Assembly (NCBI GenBank): GCA_963734545.1
Contig: CAVTHO010000007.1
Coordinates: 864,001-928,000 of the forward strand
From: an uncultured Spirochaetota bacterium
GTDB taxonomy: Bacteria > Spirochaetota > Spirochaetia > SZUA-6 > Fen-1364
DNA length: 64,000 nt
Reading direction: 5' to 3'
Shown here in pieces: positions 10,266 to 20,669 of the stretch. The notes below the pieces were generated by a model. It was not told the origin of the DNA, searched no databases, and worked only from the letters and a program-made list of their open reading frames with translations. Each line of letters begins with the position of its first letter. Positions within the stretch are counted from its first letter, which is position 1. A program made the translations under genes and the position numbers.

Positions 10266-11138
10266 TCACCCCTTCAGCGCACCGGCGGTCACGCCGGCCA
10301 TGATCCGTTTGGAGAAGAAAAAGAAGAGCACGAGCGGCACGACTGCCACGAGGGTCATGCAGGCAAACTGGATGGCGTAGTCCGAACGGTATTCACCCTG
10401 GAACTTGATGATGGCGAAAGGCAGGGTGCGCAGATCATCCGTGGCCAGGTAGGTGTAGGCCATGATGAACTCGTTCCAGTTATTGAGAAAAGTCATGACG
10501 CACACAGTCACCGTTGCGCCTCCGGACATGGGCGCAACGACATTCCAGAAGATGCGGGGCCAGGAGGCCCCGTCCATGAACGCGGACTCTTCCATGGACC
10601 GGGGCAGCGTCCTGAGCTGGCCCATGTAGACGAGAGTGTTGAAGCTCAGCGTGAAAGCTATGTACGGGATGATGAGACCCAGGTGAGTGTTGATCAATCC
10701 GAAATAGTTGAACCAGATGAAGTTCGGAAGCAGCGTCGTGTGAATAGGCACGACCATGCCGAGGGTGACTGCGATCATGGCGATGGGACGGAGCTTCCAT
10801 TTCATTCGCGTCACGGCATACGCCAGGCAGAAAGAGATGAAAACGGATGCCGCCACAGATGCGGCCACGACGATCGTGCTGTTCAGGAAATAGCGCGGGA
10901 TCTTCCCGTCGACCCATGCGCGCACGTAGTTGTTCCACTGAGGGATTGTCGGGATCTTGATAAACTCGGTGCCGAAGAGATCTCCGGACTTCAGAATGGA
11001 GTAGTTGAAGACCCAGAGGAGCGGAAAGAGCTGAAGGAAAGCGAGCAGGATGAGAAACGCAGACAGGATCGTCTTCCCGATGGACTTCAACGCCGTCGGC
11101 CGGACGCCGGCTACTGTACCCGGGCTACTGTGCATCAT
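10266..11138 (-). CDS. Carbohydrate ABC permease (CUT1, MalG-like)
   Basis: EAA loop MEESAFMDGAS; WNEF; AGVTAGALKG. Confidence 0.9.
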   Translation of the reverse strand: MMHSSPGTVAGVRPTALKSIGKTILSAFLILLAFLQLFPLLWVFNYSILKSGDLFGTEFIKIPTIPQWNNYVRAWVDGKIPRYFLNSTIVVAASVAASVFISFCLAYAVTRMKWKLRPIAMIAVTLGMVVPIHTTLLPNFIWFNYFGLINTHLGLIIPYIAFTLSFNTLVYMGQLRTLPRSMEESAFMDGASWPRIFWNVVAPMSGGATVTVCVMTFLNNWNEFIMAYTYLATDDLRTLPFAIIKFQGEYRSDYAIQFACMTLVAVVPLVLFFFFSKRIMAGVTAGALKG

Positions 11139-12015
11139 CGTTGCGCCTCAGGATCTGCTGCACCACGAGCGTAAGGCCCACTGCCACTGCAACGAACAGA
11201 ACGGAGAGGGCGTTGCCGTAGCCGTAGGCGCTTGCATAGAAGGCTTTTTGATAGAGGTAGACGGAGACGAATTGCGTCAGAAATCCCGGGCCGCCGTCGG
11301 TGGAGAGAAAGATCATCTCCATCTGACGCAGGGATGAAATCACGTCGATGACGAGGACCGCGGAGATGACGGGGAACATGAAGGGGATGATGATGCGCAC
11401 ATACGCCTGGAACCATCCCGCGCCGTCCACGCGCGCCGCCTCTTCAATCTCCTTGGGCACTGTCATCAGATCCGGTGTAGTAGAAGAGCAGGGCCCAGCC
11501 GAACCCCTGCCAGAGAATGATCCAGAGGACCGATCCCAGGGCGGTGTGCGGGTTGGAGAGCCAGGAGATGTTGATGCCCGTCAGGCCGATGACGTGAAGA
11601 AACTTGTTGAGGATTCCATACGTGGGGTTGAAGATGCTGACCCACATCTTGGTGATCACGACCAGGGAGAGCACCGCGGGGACGAAGTAGATGGTACGCA
11701 GCACCCGGGAGAAGCGGGACGAAAGGTGGGAGAGGACCGCGGCAAGGGCGAACGCAGCGGGATTCTGGATGCAGATGGTCACGATCATGAGGATCAAGGC
11801 GTTCATGAGTGCCCGCCAGAATACAGGGTCTGCCGTGAGTATCTCGCCGGTAGTTCTCGAGGCCGACCATGTGTGAACTTCCCGAATCCCGCCCAGTCGG
11901 TGAGGCTGTAGTAAGCGGAAAAGCCTATGGGCACGACAAGAGAGAACACCATCACGGCAATGCCCGGCACCACCAGCGCGGCGATCACCTTTCCATTGCC
12001 GAACAAGCCTTTCAC
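11125..12015 (-). CDS. Carbohydrate ABC permease (CUT1, MalF-like), frameshifted
   Basis: Fragments YYSLTDWAG, YFVPAVLS, EIEEAARVDGA, YGYGNAL spread over several frames. Confidence 0.85.
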
Positions 12016-12042
12016 GCGCGGAACCTCCTCTCCCCCCCGTTC

Positions 12043-12075
12043 AAAAAAGAGGCGGCGCCCGCGGAGGGCGCCGCC
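12043..12075 (-). terminator. Stem-loop with T-tract after the binding-protein gene
   Basis: GGCGGCGCCC-N5-GGGCGCCGCC with A6 on the plus strand (T6 on minus). Confidence 0.65.
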
Positions 12076-12094
12076 ACAGGAAAAGCAGACAAAG

Positions 12095-13352
12095 CTACCG
12101 CTGCTTGGACGCCTTTTCAGCCGAGGCGTCGAGCTTCTTGCAGAACTCCTCCGGCGTGATCGAGACCGGATGAGAGCTCGCGGGTGAAGTTCTGGTGGTC
12201 ATCCTTGAATTGCGGAGTGGAGCGGTCGATTGTGGTTGTACCACTCGTCGTCTTCGCATCTCCCAGGATCTTGAGAAGAGTCTTGGCCACCGGCGTGTCG
12301 GACGCCCGTGCCGTGACCTTCTGCGCCGGGAATGCCGCTCCCTTCTCCCATGCAAGCCCGGGGAAACGCTCTGCGTAGAACTTGAGATACTTCAGGTCGA
12401 GGTCCTTGTACTTCGAGGCGGAGCTGATGACGTAGTTGCCGCCGAACCAGGCTTCCAGATCGTCCACTTTGCCCTTGCCATTCTTCAGCACAGGGAACTT
12501 GAAGGCGTCCACGTTGGCCCTGAACTCTTCGGAGAAGTTCGAGTCCGTGGCAAGCCCCATTTCCCAGGGGCCCATGATGTACATGGCTGCCTTGCCCTGG
12601 CCGAAGAGGTTGCGGGAGGCGCCATAGTCGGAGACCATCAGATCGTCGGCGAACAGGCCTGACTGGATGAACTTGAGGTACTGCCGTGCGCCTTCAACAA
12701 AGTCAGGATCCGTGAACTTCGCCTTTCGATCCAGCGCCGCCTGCTGACGGGAGAAGTCCCCGTTCACTCGCTGGCAGATGACGTCATACGTAATGGACAA
12801 CGGCCACGCGTCCTTGCCGTCAGTGACTATGGGGATAATCCCCTTGGCCTTGAACTTCGGGGCAAGGGCCATCAGGTCTTCGATCGTCGTGGGGACCGAA
12901 GCTCCCGCGTCCTTGAACAGCTTCTTATTGTAGTAAATGACCCAGAAGTCGCCGGAGACCGGAATGCCGTAGAGCTTCCCGCCGTACATGTTGCTTTCCA
13001 GGGAGCCGGCCACGTAGCCGTATTTCGCGAAATCAGCCTTGTTGAGCTCTATCACGAACCCGCCGTCCACCATCGGCTTCAGGAGCGTGGAAAAGCTCCA
13101 GTACTTGAAGACGTCCGGAAGCTGCTTCGCGGTGGCATAGATCTTGATCTTCTGCTGGAAGGGCTGGTCGGGATAGCTTTCCGTAACGATCTCCACACCT
13201 GGGTTGGCTGCCTTGAATTCGGCGTTGATCTGCTCGATGACCGCGCCCCACCCGTTGTTGCGGTCAGGATGGGGGTCGGCCATCTTCAAGGTCTGCGCCC
13301 AGAGCCCGCTCGCCACGCACAGGGCGAGTGCTACGATGACAAGTCTCTTCAT
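12095..13352 (-). CDS. Extracellular solute-binding protein family 1 (frameshift near 12170)
   Basis: Signal peptide MKRLVIVAL; GKLYGIP; YYNKKLF; FGQGKAAMY; C-terminus ITPEEFCKKLD. Confidence 0.88.
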
Positions 13353-13382
13353 TATTCCCTCCTTCATCGGATTGCGCCGGCC

Positions 13383-13405
13383 TGGCACGGTACCCCGCGC
13401 AGTTC
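13383..13405. repeat. Dispersed repeat motif A, intergenic copy
   Basis: TGGCACGGTACCCCGCGCAGTTC. Confidence 0.45.
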
Positions 13406-13527
13406 GGCGGCTGGATGACGAAAGGGAGTATCCCACGGCGTGCGGGACCCGTGAATGACGCACGTTCCGGTAGTTTGACGAATTCTCCGATAAAAGGCGG
13501 TTTCGGCCCACGCCCGCCGTCACCAGA

Positions 13528-14736
13528 TCACCCGTCCGAGCCATCTGTCCCCCGCGGCCAGGCGCTTGGACTGAGACCGGTCAGCTTCTTGAAGACCCGG
13601 CTGAAATGCTCCACGTTGGGATAGCCCACTCGCTCACCCACCTCGTATACCTTCAGGCGGGACGAAGAAAGAAGCCTCTTCGCCTCCTCAATGCGGACCT
13701 GCGCCAGGTGTCCCATCAGCGTCTCCCCGGTCTCCCGAGTAAACTCCCAGCTCAGGTGGTTCTTTGAAACGCCGGCTTTTTCAGCTATTTCCGAGAGCGA
13801 TACTCCCGGATTCCCGTAGTGGTCGCGAATGAAGCGCCGCGCCACGACCACGATCCTCGACTCCACGCTGCGGCCGGCCAGGAGGCTGCGATACATGGCC
13901 GGTATCGATTCAAGGCTCTCACATACCCGGCCGTGGGAGAACGAGGTGTGGACAGACAAATACCGCTCCATGTACTCGCGCGCGTCCTCGCAGAAGCCCT
14001 GCACGGCGCCTTCCGGCCCGGTGAAGAACACAACAGCATGATCGGGTCGGACAATCACGACCTCCCCGGATCCCCGCTTTGCAAGGACCTGGGCGAGAGA
14101 GCGTTCCACCATCACGGAAAACCGGCCAAGCCCTTCGTCCCGATGCCGGAGGGAGACTTCTTCGAAATCCTTGACCCAGAATGCACAGAGGAAAAACGGA
14201 GGCGCCAGGGTGACGCCGAGCCCGGCAAGCGCTTCTGCCTGGTCTGCTCCGGCAGGACCGGCAAGGAGGTCTTTCAGCGCCTGCGCACGAAGGAACTCGA
14301 CCTGCGTGCGGGCCAGGATCGAGGTGGTGCGCTCGCGCGACTCCTCCATGCCCTCTCCTGTTGCGCGCAGCAGCGACAGAAGCGATTCTCCGTCCATCTC
14401 CGCTTTCAGCACGTAGTCCCGTGCTCCGAGTGTGAAGGCGGTGCGGACAAGGTGGAAGTCGTCGTACGCCGAAAGCACGATCACTGCGAGCGGATTCTCT
14501 CTCCGGCCGCCCTCCCCCGCCGCAAGACGGCGCAGAAACTCTATCCCGTCCATCACCGGCATCGTGATATCCAGCAGGACCATGTCTATCTCAGGGTGGG
14601 CGGCAAGAATTGCCAGCGCGTCCCGGCCGTTGGAGGCCTCGAAGCGCATGGAAAAGCCGTCCTCTTCCCATGGACGCAGGCTGGCGAGGGAAAGCCGGAC
14701 AAAAGGCTCATCGTCCACGAGAAGGACGCTATGCAT
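13528..14736 (-). CDS. YesN-type response regulator (REC + AraC HTH)
   Basis: VLLVDDEP, LDITMPVMDG, FSRVFKKLTGLSP. Confidence 0.92.
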   Translation of the reverse strand: MHSVLLVDDEPFVRLSLASLRPWEEDGFSMRFEASNGRDALAILAAHPEIDMVLLDITMPVMDGIEFLRRLAAGEGGRRENPLAVIVLSAYDDFHLVRTAFTLGARDYVLKAEMDGESLLSLLRATGEGMEESRERTTSILARTQVEFLRAQALKDLLAGPAGADQAEALAGLGVTLAPPFFLCAFWVKDFEEVSLRHRDEGLGRFSVMVERSLAQVLAKRGSGEVVIVRPDHAVVFFTGPEGAVQGFCEDAREYMERYLSVHTSFSHGRVCESLESIPAMYRSLLAGRSVESRIVVVARRFIRDHYGNPGVSLSEIAEKAGVSKNHLSWEFTRETGETLMGHLAQVRIEEAKRLLSSSRLKVYEVGERVGYPNVEHFSRVFKKLTGLSPSAWPRGTDGSDG

Positions 14737-16588
14737 TGCCGCCCGCCTCGCGCACCACCACGGGCAGATGGAATCGCACGAGTGTGAACGCTCCTGCCTC
14801 GCTTTCCACGGACAGACCGAAGGGCTCGCCGAAGTTGAGCCTGATGCGCTGCATGACATTGGCCAGGCCGATCCGGTGGAGACTGCCGGCATCTCCGTGC
14901 CCGTCACGCGGGCTTTCAAAAAGGGAAGCAATCCTCTCTCCATCCATCCCGACGCCATTGTCGCGCACTTCCAGCACCAGGCGCCGGCCCGGGAGCGCAA
15001 CGAGGCCCTGCTCGGAAATCGGCGCGCTGCCCAGCTCGGGCGCCTCCTCGAAGCGTGACTGGAGGACCAGGGCGCCCCTCCGACCGCAGCCCGGGATGCC
15101 GTGCAGAATCCCGTTTTCCACGATCGGCTGGAGGATCATCCTGAGCACGAGGCAGTCCTGGGTTCCTTCCGCGATCCGATAATCGACGTCGAAGTTCTCC
15201 CCGAAGCGCACCTTCATGATCCCGACGTAGCTGTGCATGTTCGCAATCTCGTGCGCAAGGTCGGTGAAGGGCCCCGCGCCCGCATAGCTGTCCGCCAGGA
15301 TGCGCATGAGAGCCTGCGTCATGTCGCCGATGGCGTCCACTTTCGCCGCTCGGGCCATGAGCCGGATGGAGTTCAGCGTATTTGAAACAAAATGCGGATT
15401 GATCTGGAACCGGAGCGCCTCCAGCTCTGCCTTCATGCGCTGCCGGTCGCGCACCTCTTTTTCAAGAGTCAGGGCGCGTATTTCCTCCATCATCCGGTTG
15501 AAGCTCTCCGTAAGAACGGCGATCTCCTCGATCCCCGTGGCGGGAACACGCACAGCGTAGTCTCCGCGGCCGGCCTTTCCCATGCTGTGGGCAACCGCGC
15601 GGATGGGATTTGCAATCCGGGACGTGAAGATTCCCGCGTAGAGGAAGAACAGAATGCAGAGCAGGGCGAGCGCCGGGTAGAGGTACCACTGGTAGGAGGT
15701 GATCCGCCCGGTGATCGAGGACCGGTCTGCCAGCAGCACGATTGTCCAGCCGGTTGACTCCATGCGGAGCGAGCTGGCAAGCCAGGACCTGCCATTCAAC
15801 CTCACAGTATGGAATGTAGAGGCGGCCCCTTCCGAGTCGGCCCGGGGCGGCACCAGGCCGGCCGGGTGCTCCTCCGTGACGAAGCTCGGCAGGCTTGTCA
15901 GCAGCACGCGGCCGTCTCTTGAGTAGATCACGACATCGCTCGCGGTCTCGGTCTCGGGCCGGGACAAGAGACTGTCGAAATAGGGGACCCGGAACATCAC
16001 CAGGATAGCATCAAGGTTCGTGTCGTATTCCTCCGGCGAGGGACAGACCGCCACGGAGAGCATGAACTTCTCTCCGATATTCCCCGCTACTCCGGTGAGG
16101 CTGTCCAGAAGAAAGACCTTTCCCGGGTCCTTTTTCGCCTCGGCGTAAATCGAGCGGTCAATCCCGCCGACGGACCGTATGTTCGTATAATTGCCGTAGT
16201 AGTACACCCCGCCGTGGCGCATATAGAGAACCACTGCCCCCACTCGGTTGGAATAGGTCAAGAAGCTGATCAGCTTGTCGTCAAGGCGATTCGAGGCAAG
16301 AAGCCTCTCTCCGCTGCCTTCTGCCCGGGCATACCTGTCCGCAAGCGTGCGAAGCTCCTGGTCGTGGTAGAGCGCGGACGTGAGAATGGAGACCCCGTCC
16401 GCTTCGCTGCGGATGCTCTGCGCCACCTGCGTGATGACCGCCTCTGTCTGCCGGGACACCGTGGCATACAACGCGGAGATGTACAGCCGCGAAAGAATGA
16501 TTGAGACGAGGACGCCGGGAAGGAAAATAAGTAGAATGAAGGCAAGGTAGAACCTTTGACGGATAGAGACCACGCCCGAGTATATCAT
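14729..16588 (-). CDS. YesM/LytS-type sensor histidine kinase (periplasmic domain + HAMP)
   Basis: Two TM helices; QINPHFVSNTL; LQPIVENGILHG; DNGVG; IGLANV; start uncertain. Confidence 0.9.
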   Translation of the reverse strand: MIYSGVVSIRQRFYLAFILLIFLPGVLVSIILSRLYISALYATVSRQTEAVITQVAQSIRSEADGVSILTSALYHDQELRTLADRYARAEGSGERLLASNRLDDKLISFLTYSNRVGAVVLYMRHGGVYYYGNYTNIRSVGGIDRSIYAEAKKDPGKVFLLDSLTGVAGNIGEKFMLSVAVCPSPEEYDTNLDAILVMFRVPYFDSLLSRPETETASDVVIYSRDGRVLLTSLPSFVTEEHPAGLVPPRADSEGAASTFHTVRLNGRSWLASSLRMESTGWTIVLLADRSSITGRITSYQWYLYPALALLCILFFLYAGIFTSRIANPIRAVAHSMGKAGRGDYAVRVPATGIEEIAVLTESFNRMMEEIRALTLEKEVRDRQRMKAELEALRFQINPHFVSNTLNSIRLMARAAKVDAIGDMTQALMRILADSYAGAGPFTDLAHEIANMHSYVGIMKVRFGENFDVDYRIAEGTQDCLVLRMILQPIVENGILHGIPGCGRRGALVLQSRFEEAPELGSAPISEQGLVALPGRRLVLEVRDNGVGMDGERIASLFESPRDGHGDAGSLHRIGLANVMQRIRLNFGEPFGLSVESEAGAFTLVRFHLPVVVREAGGNA

Positions 16589-16648
16589 GAAATCCGCCGT
16601 GGTCTCGGGTGGCACCGATTTGCGTATATTATCCAGGGAAGAGAAGAC

Positions 16649-17029
16649 ATGAAACACAGCCTGCCGCTGGCGATTCTGATCGGATGCTCGATGTTGATCG
16701 GTTCCTGCTCCTCTTTCGCCTACCTCCAATCCGACGACTACAGGCAGGCCGGAATCCAGGTGACGACAAATTCTGAGGCCGTCTCCGGCATGCAGGCGAT
16801 CAACCGATGGGCCGCTGAGTTTGGACCCACGTACAGCGCGGAAGACGTTGCCGTGTGGGCTGCCAATCGGCTGGCGAAACAGGGGCGGCGTGACGTCCTG
16901 GTCCTGGTCGAGCTGATCTCATACTGCATTCCTCCCGTCAGGGGCCTCCTGGAGGAAAACATGTGGAGGATATCGGTCTACAGCATCCTTCCCCGGACGG
17001 AATCGCCTGCGCCCAGCTCGGTGTTTTGA
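16649..17029 (+). CDS. Hypothetical lipoprotein
   Basis: Lipobox-like LIGSC after a hydrophobic N-terminus; 126 aa. Confidence 0.55.
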   Translation: MKHSLPLAILIGCSMLIGSCSSFAYLQSDDYRQAGIQVTTNSEAVSGMQAINRWAAEFGPTYSAEDVAVWAANRLAKQGRRDVLVLVELISYCIPPVRGLLEENMWRISVYSILPRTESPAPSSVF

Positions 17030-17078
17030 CCGTGCTGCCCTGCATGGGCAGACTTAAGCGCCAAGGAGGCGATCGGTT

Positions 17079-18314
17079 GTGCGGAAGGCTCCTGGATACG
17101 TGATGGTCCTGATCGCCCTTGTTCTCGGGGTTATTCTTGTCGCAATCGCTCCATTCGTCCTCTTCACCCCGCGCGCTCCGAAGGCTTCGACCGATCTCGA
17201 CAGCATCGAAAAGCTGGAGGCGTACCTGCGCGCACTCACGACCCACGGGACGCCGCCGGCCGTGGACATCGTCGTCATCAGGAGCGGGTCCCCTGTCTAC
17301 TCAAAGGCCTTCGGCTTCGCTGACGGTCCCGGGGGAAGACCGGCAGGGCCGAACGATGTGTACCACTACTGGTCGGTGACAAAACTCTTTACCGCGACGG
17401 CAATCATGCAGCTGGTCGAAGACGGAAGGCTTGGCCTTGACGATCCGGTAACGAAATATCTGCCGGCATTCAGGACACACACGAAATCGGGGGCCGCGGC
17501 CGATATCACCATCCGCCAGCTTCTCAACCACACTTCGGGAATGAAGGACCTTGCTCCCACCCACCTCGCAGGCTGGATACACCATCTTGGAGAACAGCCC
17601 GTGGACCAGGTGGCACTGGTGCGGGAGCGCATGGAGTCATACCTCACTCTTGCCGGTGAGCCGGGCACGAAAGGCGCATACAGCAACGCTGGCTATATCG
17701 TCCTGGGGGCCCTGGTGAGCGAGGCGACAGGTCAGCCTTACGAGGATTTCGTGCGCAGCCGGATTCTGCGTCCCCTGGGAATGACCAGCACGGACTTCGT
17801 CTATCGAAGCGATATGCTCCCCCGTGCTGCCGCGGGCACGCATCCGCTGTTCCATTTCTTTACGCCGATGCTTCTGGCGCTCCACCATGATTGGTTTTCC
17901 AGCTGGGTCGACAAGGTCAGCAATGCCCGAATGTGGTTCAAACCGATGTACACCGACTACACGAGTCCGACAGGACTGATCGGCACCGCGGAAGACCTTG
18001 CCCGGTTCGGGCAAGCCTTTGTTTCAGCAGGGCAGCTGGACGGCAGCCGCATATTGAAGGCTGAGTCGGTGTCGATGATGCTGAACGACGGGTATGGGGA
18101 AAACAGCGGGCCGGACAAGGATCGGATGGGTCTCGGGTGGCACTGGTGGAACGATGCACCTGTCCCTTTCAAGGGCCACGGCGGCGGCGGTCCCGGCTTC
18201 GGGGCGCAGCTTGCCATTTTCCCGGAACAGAAGATGGTAATCGTCATACTTGCCAACGACACCCTGATTGACCGCGTCGGCCTGACGAAGCTTGTTGCAG
18301 CCGTCTTCCAGTGA
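17079..18314 (+). CDS. Serine hydrolase, beta-lactamase class C/CubicO family
   Basis: SVTK, LLNHTSG, YSN, GHGG motifs; N-terminal membrane anchor. Confidence 0.9.
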   Translation: MRKAPGYVMVLIALVLGVILVAIAPFVLFTPRAPKASTDLDSIEKLEAYLRALTTHGTPPAVDIVVIRSGSPVYSKAFGFADGPGGRPAGPNDVYHYWSVTKLFTATAIMQLVEDGRLGLDDPVTKYLPAFRTHTKSGAAADITIRQLLNHTSGMKDLAPTHLAGWIHHLGEQPVDQVALVRERMESYLTLAGEPGTKGAYSNAGYIVLGALVSEATGQPYEDFVRSRILRPLGMTSTDFVYRSDMLPRAAAGTHPLFHFFTPMLLALHHDWFSSWVDKVSNARMWFKPMYTDYTSPTGLIGTAEDLARFGQAFVSAGQLDGSRILKAESVSMMLNDGYGENSGPDKDRMGLGWHWWNDAPVPFKGHGGGGPGFGAQLAIFPEQKMVIVILANDTLIDRVGLTKLVAAVFQ

Positions 18315-18323
18315 GACTGCGGC

Positions 18324-18348
18324 AAAAAACGGGACGCTCTCGCGTCCC
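18324..18348 (-). terminator. Intrinsic terminator after tRNA-Glu
   Basis: GGGACGC-tctc-GCGTCCC with A6 on the plus strand. Confidence 0.65.
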
Positions 18349-18351
18349 TCT

Positions 18352-18423
<72 letters not shown>

Positions 18424-18565
18424 ACACCCAGCGTGCGGGCTCACGTATAGCCTTTCGAGGCTGTTTTTGTCAAGGGTTTCTGGCTCCCCGGGGGGGTGGT
18501 GACGCGCAGGGGCGTCCTGGTGTAGGATGCGCGTCACAACACGATACAACATTGGAGGAGGCCGT

Positions 18566-18660
18566 ATGGCAAAGGTCAGCTGGAACCGGACATGGAGCAT
18601 CAAGATGAGAAAAAAGAGCCGGGGAAAAAAGGCAAGAACAGGAACACAAAGAAGAAGTAG
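18566..18660 (+). CDS. Possible small Lys-rich protein (~31 aa if one A is missing)
   Basis: Strong GGAGGAGG RBS before ATG; ends ...GKKGKNRNTKKK* after a one-base shift; otherwise reads on to 18784. Confidence 0.35.
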
Positions 18661-18689
18661 GTCAGTGTCTCCGTCTGCCCGGCAGGCCG

Positions 18690-18820
18690 ACTCGCGGCGA
18701 ATCCTGGCATGCAGCAGGACCGCCATCCACATGCGAAAAGGTCTCCATGGGCGGGCAATCTCGAGCACCCGGGCAAAGTCCTGAGACTGCTCGAGCTTAT
18801 GTGCGATCTTTACCGCGTAT
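18690..18820 (-). pseudogene. C-terminal remnant of an AlkA-like DNA-3-methyladenine glycosylase
   Basis: YAVKIAHKLEQSQDFARVLEIARPWRPFRMWMAVLLH resembles the WRP(Y/F)R end of HhH-GPD glycosylases; N-terminal part absent. Confidence 0.5.
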
Positions 18821-18839
18821 TCAGTGTACGGCCCTGAAA

Positions 18840-19064
18840 CTACGATTCGCCTATTGCTCGCGTCTGCACCGCCGGTTGAACTCTGGCAGTGAAGCCAAGG
18901 TCGACGACCACCGGATTGCCTATGATCTGGAAGTCAGCCCACCTTGCCACCTCGTTGTTGACTAGCAGCAACAACTCCCCGTCGCCATCATCAACTTTGC
19001 TGCTGACTATCCCTTCGACGTTCTCGCCTGTCTGCTTGTTTCTGAGATGGAGTCTGCAAACCAT
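18840..19064 (-). CDS. Small hypothetical protein (74 aa)
   Basis: AGGGAGGT RBS before MVCRLHLRNKQTGENVEGIV. Confidence 0.5.
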   Translation of the reverse strand: MVCRLHLRNKQTGENVEGIVSSKVDDGDGELLLLVNNEVARWADFQIIGNPVVVDLGFTARVQPAVQTRAIGES

Positions 19065-19291
19065 GGTGACCTCCCTGCTGCCGCCTTCCCCTGGAGCGTG
19101 TGCGGAAGCCGTCCCTGGGGACACCTATATCTACCAGATGAAACATGACTCGGTTGTGCAGAGAGGGGAATTGTCGCCATGCGCTGTGCATAGCCGCAGA
19201 GGTACGACTGAGGCATCTGCCGTCCGAACCTCACAAGCGGCTGAACATGAGATCGGATGAGCGAACTTTATATTCGAATCCGATGAACAAT

Positions 19292-19364
19292 TGAGCCGCC
19301 CCGGACTCGAACCGGGGACCCACAGCTTAAAAGGCTGATGCTCTGCCAACTGAGCTAGCGGCCC
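19292..19364 (-). tRNA. tRNA-Lys(TTT)
   Basis: GGGCCGCTAGCTCAGTTGG...; anticodon loop CTTTTAA; GTTCGAGTC. Confidence 0.95.
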
Positions 19365-19379
19365 GTTTAGCGCGCGAGT

Positions 19380-19408
19380 ACAATATCCGGTCGGTTTTTT
19401 TTTGTCAA
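19380..19408 (-). promoter_or_regulatory. Sigma70 promoter of tRNA-Lys
   Basis: TTGACA-N17-TATTGT. Confidence 0.6.
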
Positions 19409-19477
19409 TTCAGAGCGAGGTGGGCGGGGCCGGCGGAATGCCGGCTCCAGAATGCGGTGAGGGTGAGGGGCCTTCCT

Positions 19478-20658
19478 CTACCAGCGTACCGCGAGGTCCA
19501 GCGTCGCACCCGCCCGCGGCCGGTCTCCGAGGTGCGCGCCGAGCTCCTGCGTAAAAACGGCGAAATTCAAGTCCAGGACGAGCAGCTTCATTCCGGCTCC
19601 GAACGTCAAGTATCCCTGGTTGAGCCCGGCCCGCAGGGCGAACATGTTAATGAGCTTGATCTCCGCGCCGCCGTGAAGGGAGTACCAGATGGAGTGTTCG
19701 CCCCCCAGGACCCCGCCGAAGTCCTGTACGTCGATGCTGATCGAAGGGTCGACCCAGTACTTGAACGTACCAAGGTCAGGATGCATGGCCACACCGAGGC
19801 CCACGTTCATGGGAATCACGTACCGGTCTGTCGTCACTGAAGTGCCGGCAGGGAACCTCAGCTGGGAGCCAAAGGTGCTCGAGAAGGTCCCGAAGGAGTT
19901 CTTGTTGTACCTGAACTGCGTGCCGCCCAGGTCACGCACGGAGAGCCCGAATGTGAACCAGCCGAGCTCCGCAATGGCGCCCAGATCAAGGCCAATGCCC
20001 ACACCATAGAACGCATCCGCGCTGTTGAGCGGGGAAAGAAGGTCCTCGCCGTTTGCGATGGCTGACAGCATCCCGAGGGCGACGCTGTTCGAGATGGGCG
20101 CATGGACCCTGATCATGGGGCGGATGTCCCCCCCTACGTGGAGCTTGAATCCGAGCACATCGAAGGGAACCGAAAGACCGCCGATGAAACCGACGGTGGC
20201 GGTCATGTCACCGCTCGCTCCCAGAAGGGTGGAACCGTACAGGGAGGAATCCTCTATGATCATCATGCCGAGGCCCAGCCCGTTTCCGACATAGCCGATG
20301 CCGGCAGACATTCCGATCCCGAATCCTCCCGCAATGACCTGGCTGTTCAGGAAGTCCAGCGTCGACGACGAAGAGCCGGTTCCCCGGCGTACTTCTGGCC
20401 CAAATGGATCAACTCATCCGGACGGGAGTACACCCACGTGGTGGCGGCGAGAAGAGTGAACGAACCTTCACTGCGGGAGAAGCCCGCCGGATTGTAGAAG
20501 AAGGAGTCATAGCCGTGCGCGTCCGCGATGAACGACCCTCCCCTCCCCATCACCTGGGGGCTCATGGGAAGGAATGGAATTTCCGCGATAGTGTCCGCGA
20601 AGGCAGCGCCGCAGCCGAGAAGAGTGATCAGCGCACCGATGACAAGTGTTTTCCTCAT
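19478..20658 (-). CDS. Outer-membrane beta-barrel protein (FadL/PorV/TraF-like), frameshifted near 20350-20390
   Basis: Signal peptide; MGRGGSFIA...FFYNPAG N-terminal motif; ALRAGLNQGYLTFGAG; C-terminal aromatic W. Confidence 0.7.
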
Positions 20659-20669
20659 TGGTGCTTCGC

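Noticed and set aside
17079-18314. Antibiotic resistance beta-lactamase
   Set aside because: Motifs fit the broad serine hydrolase family (GHGG instead of KTG); nothing supports beta-lactam specificity
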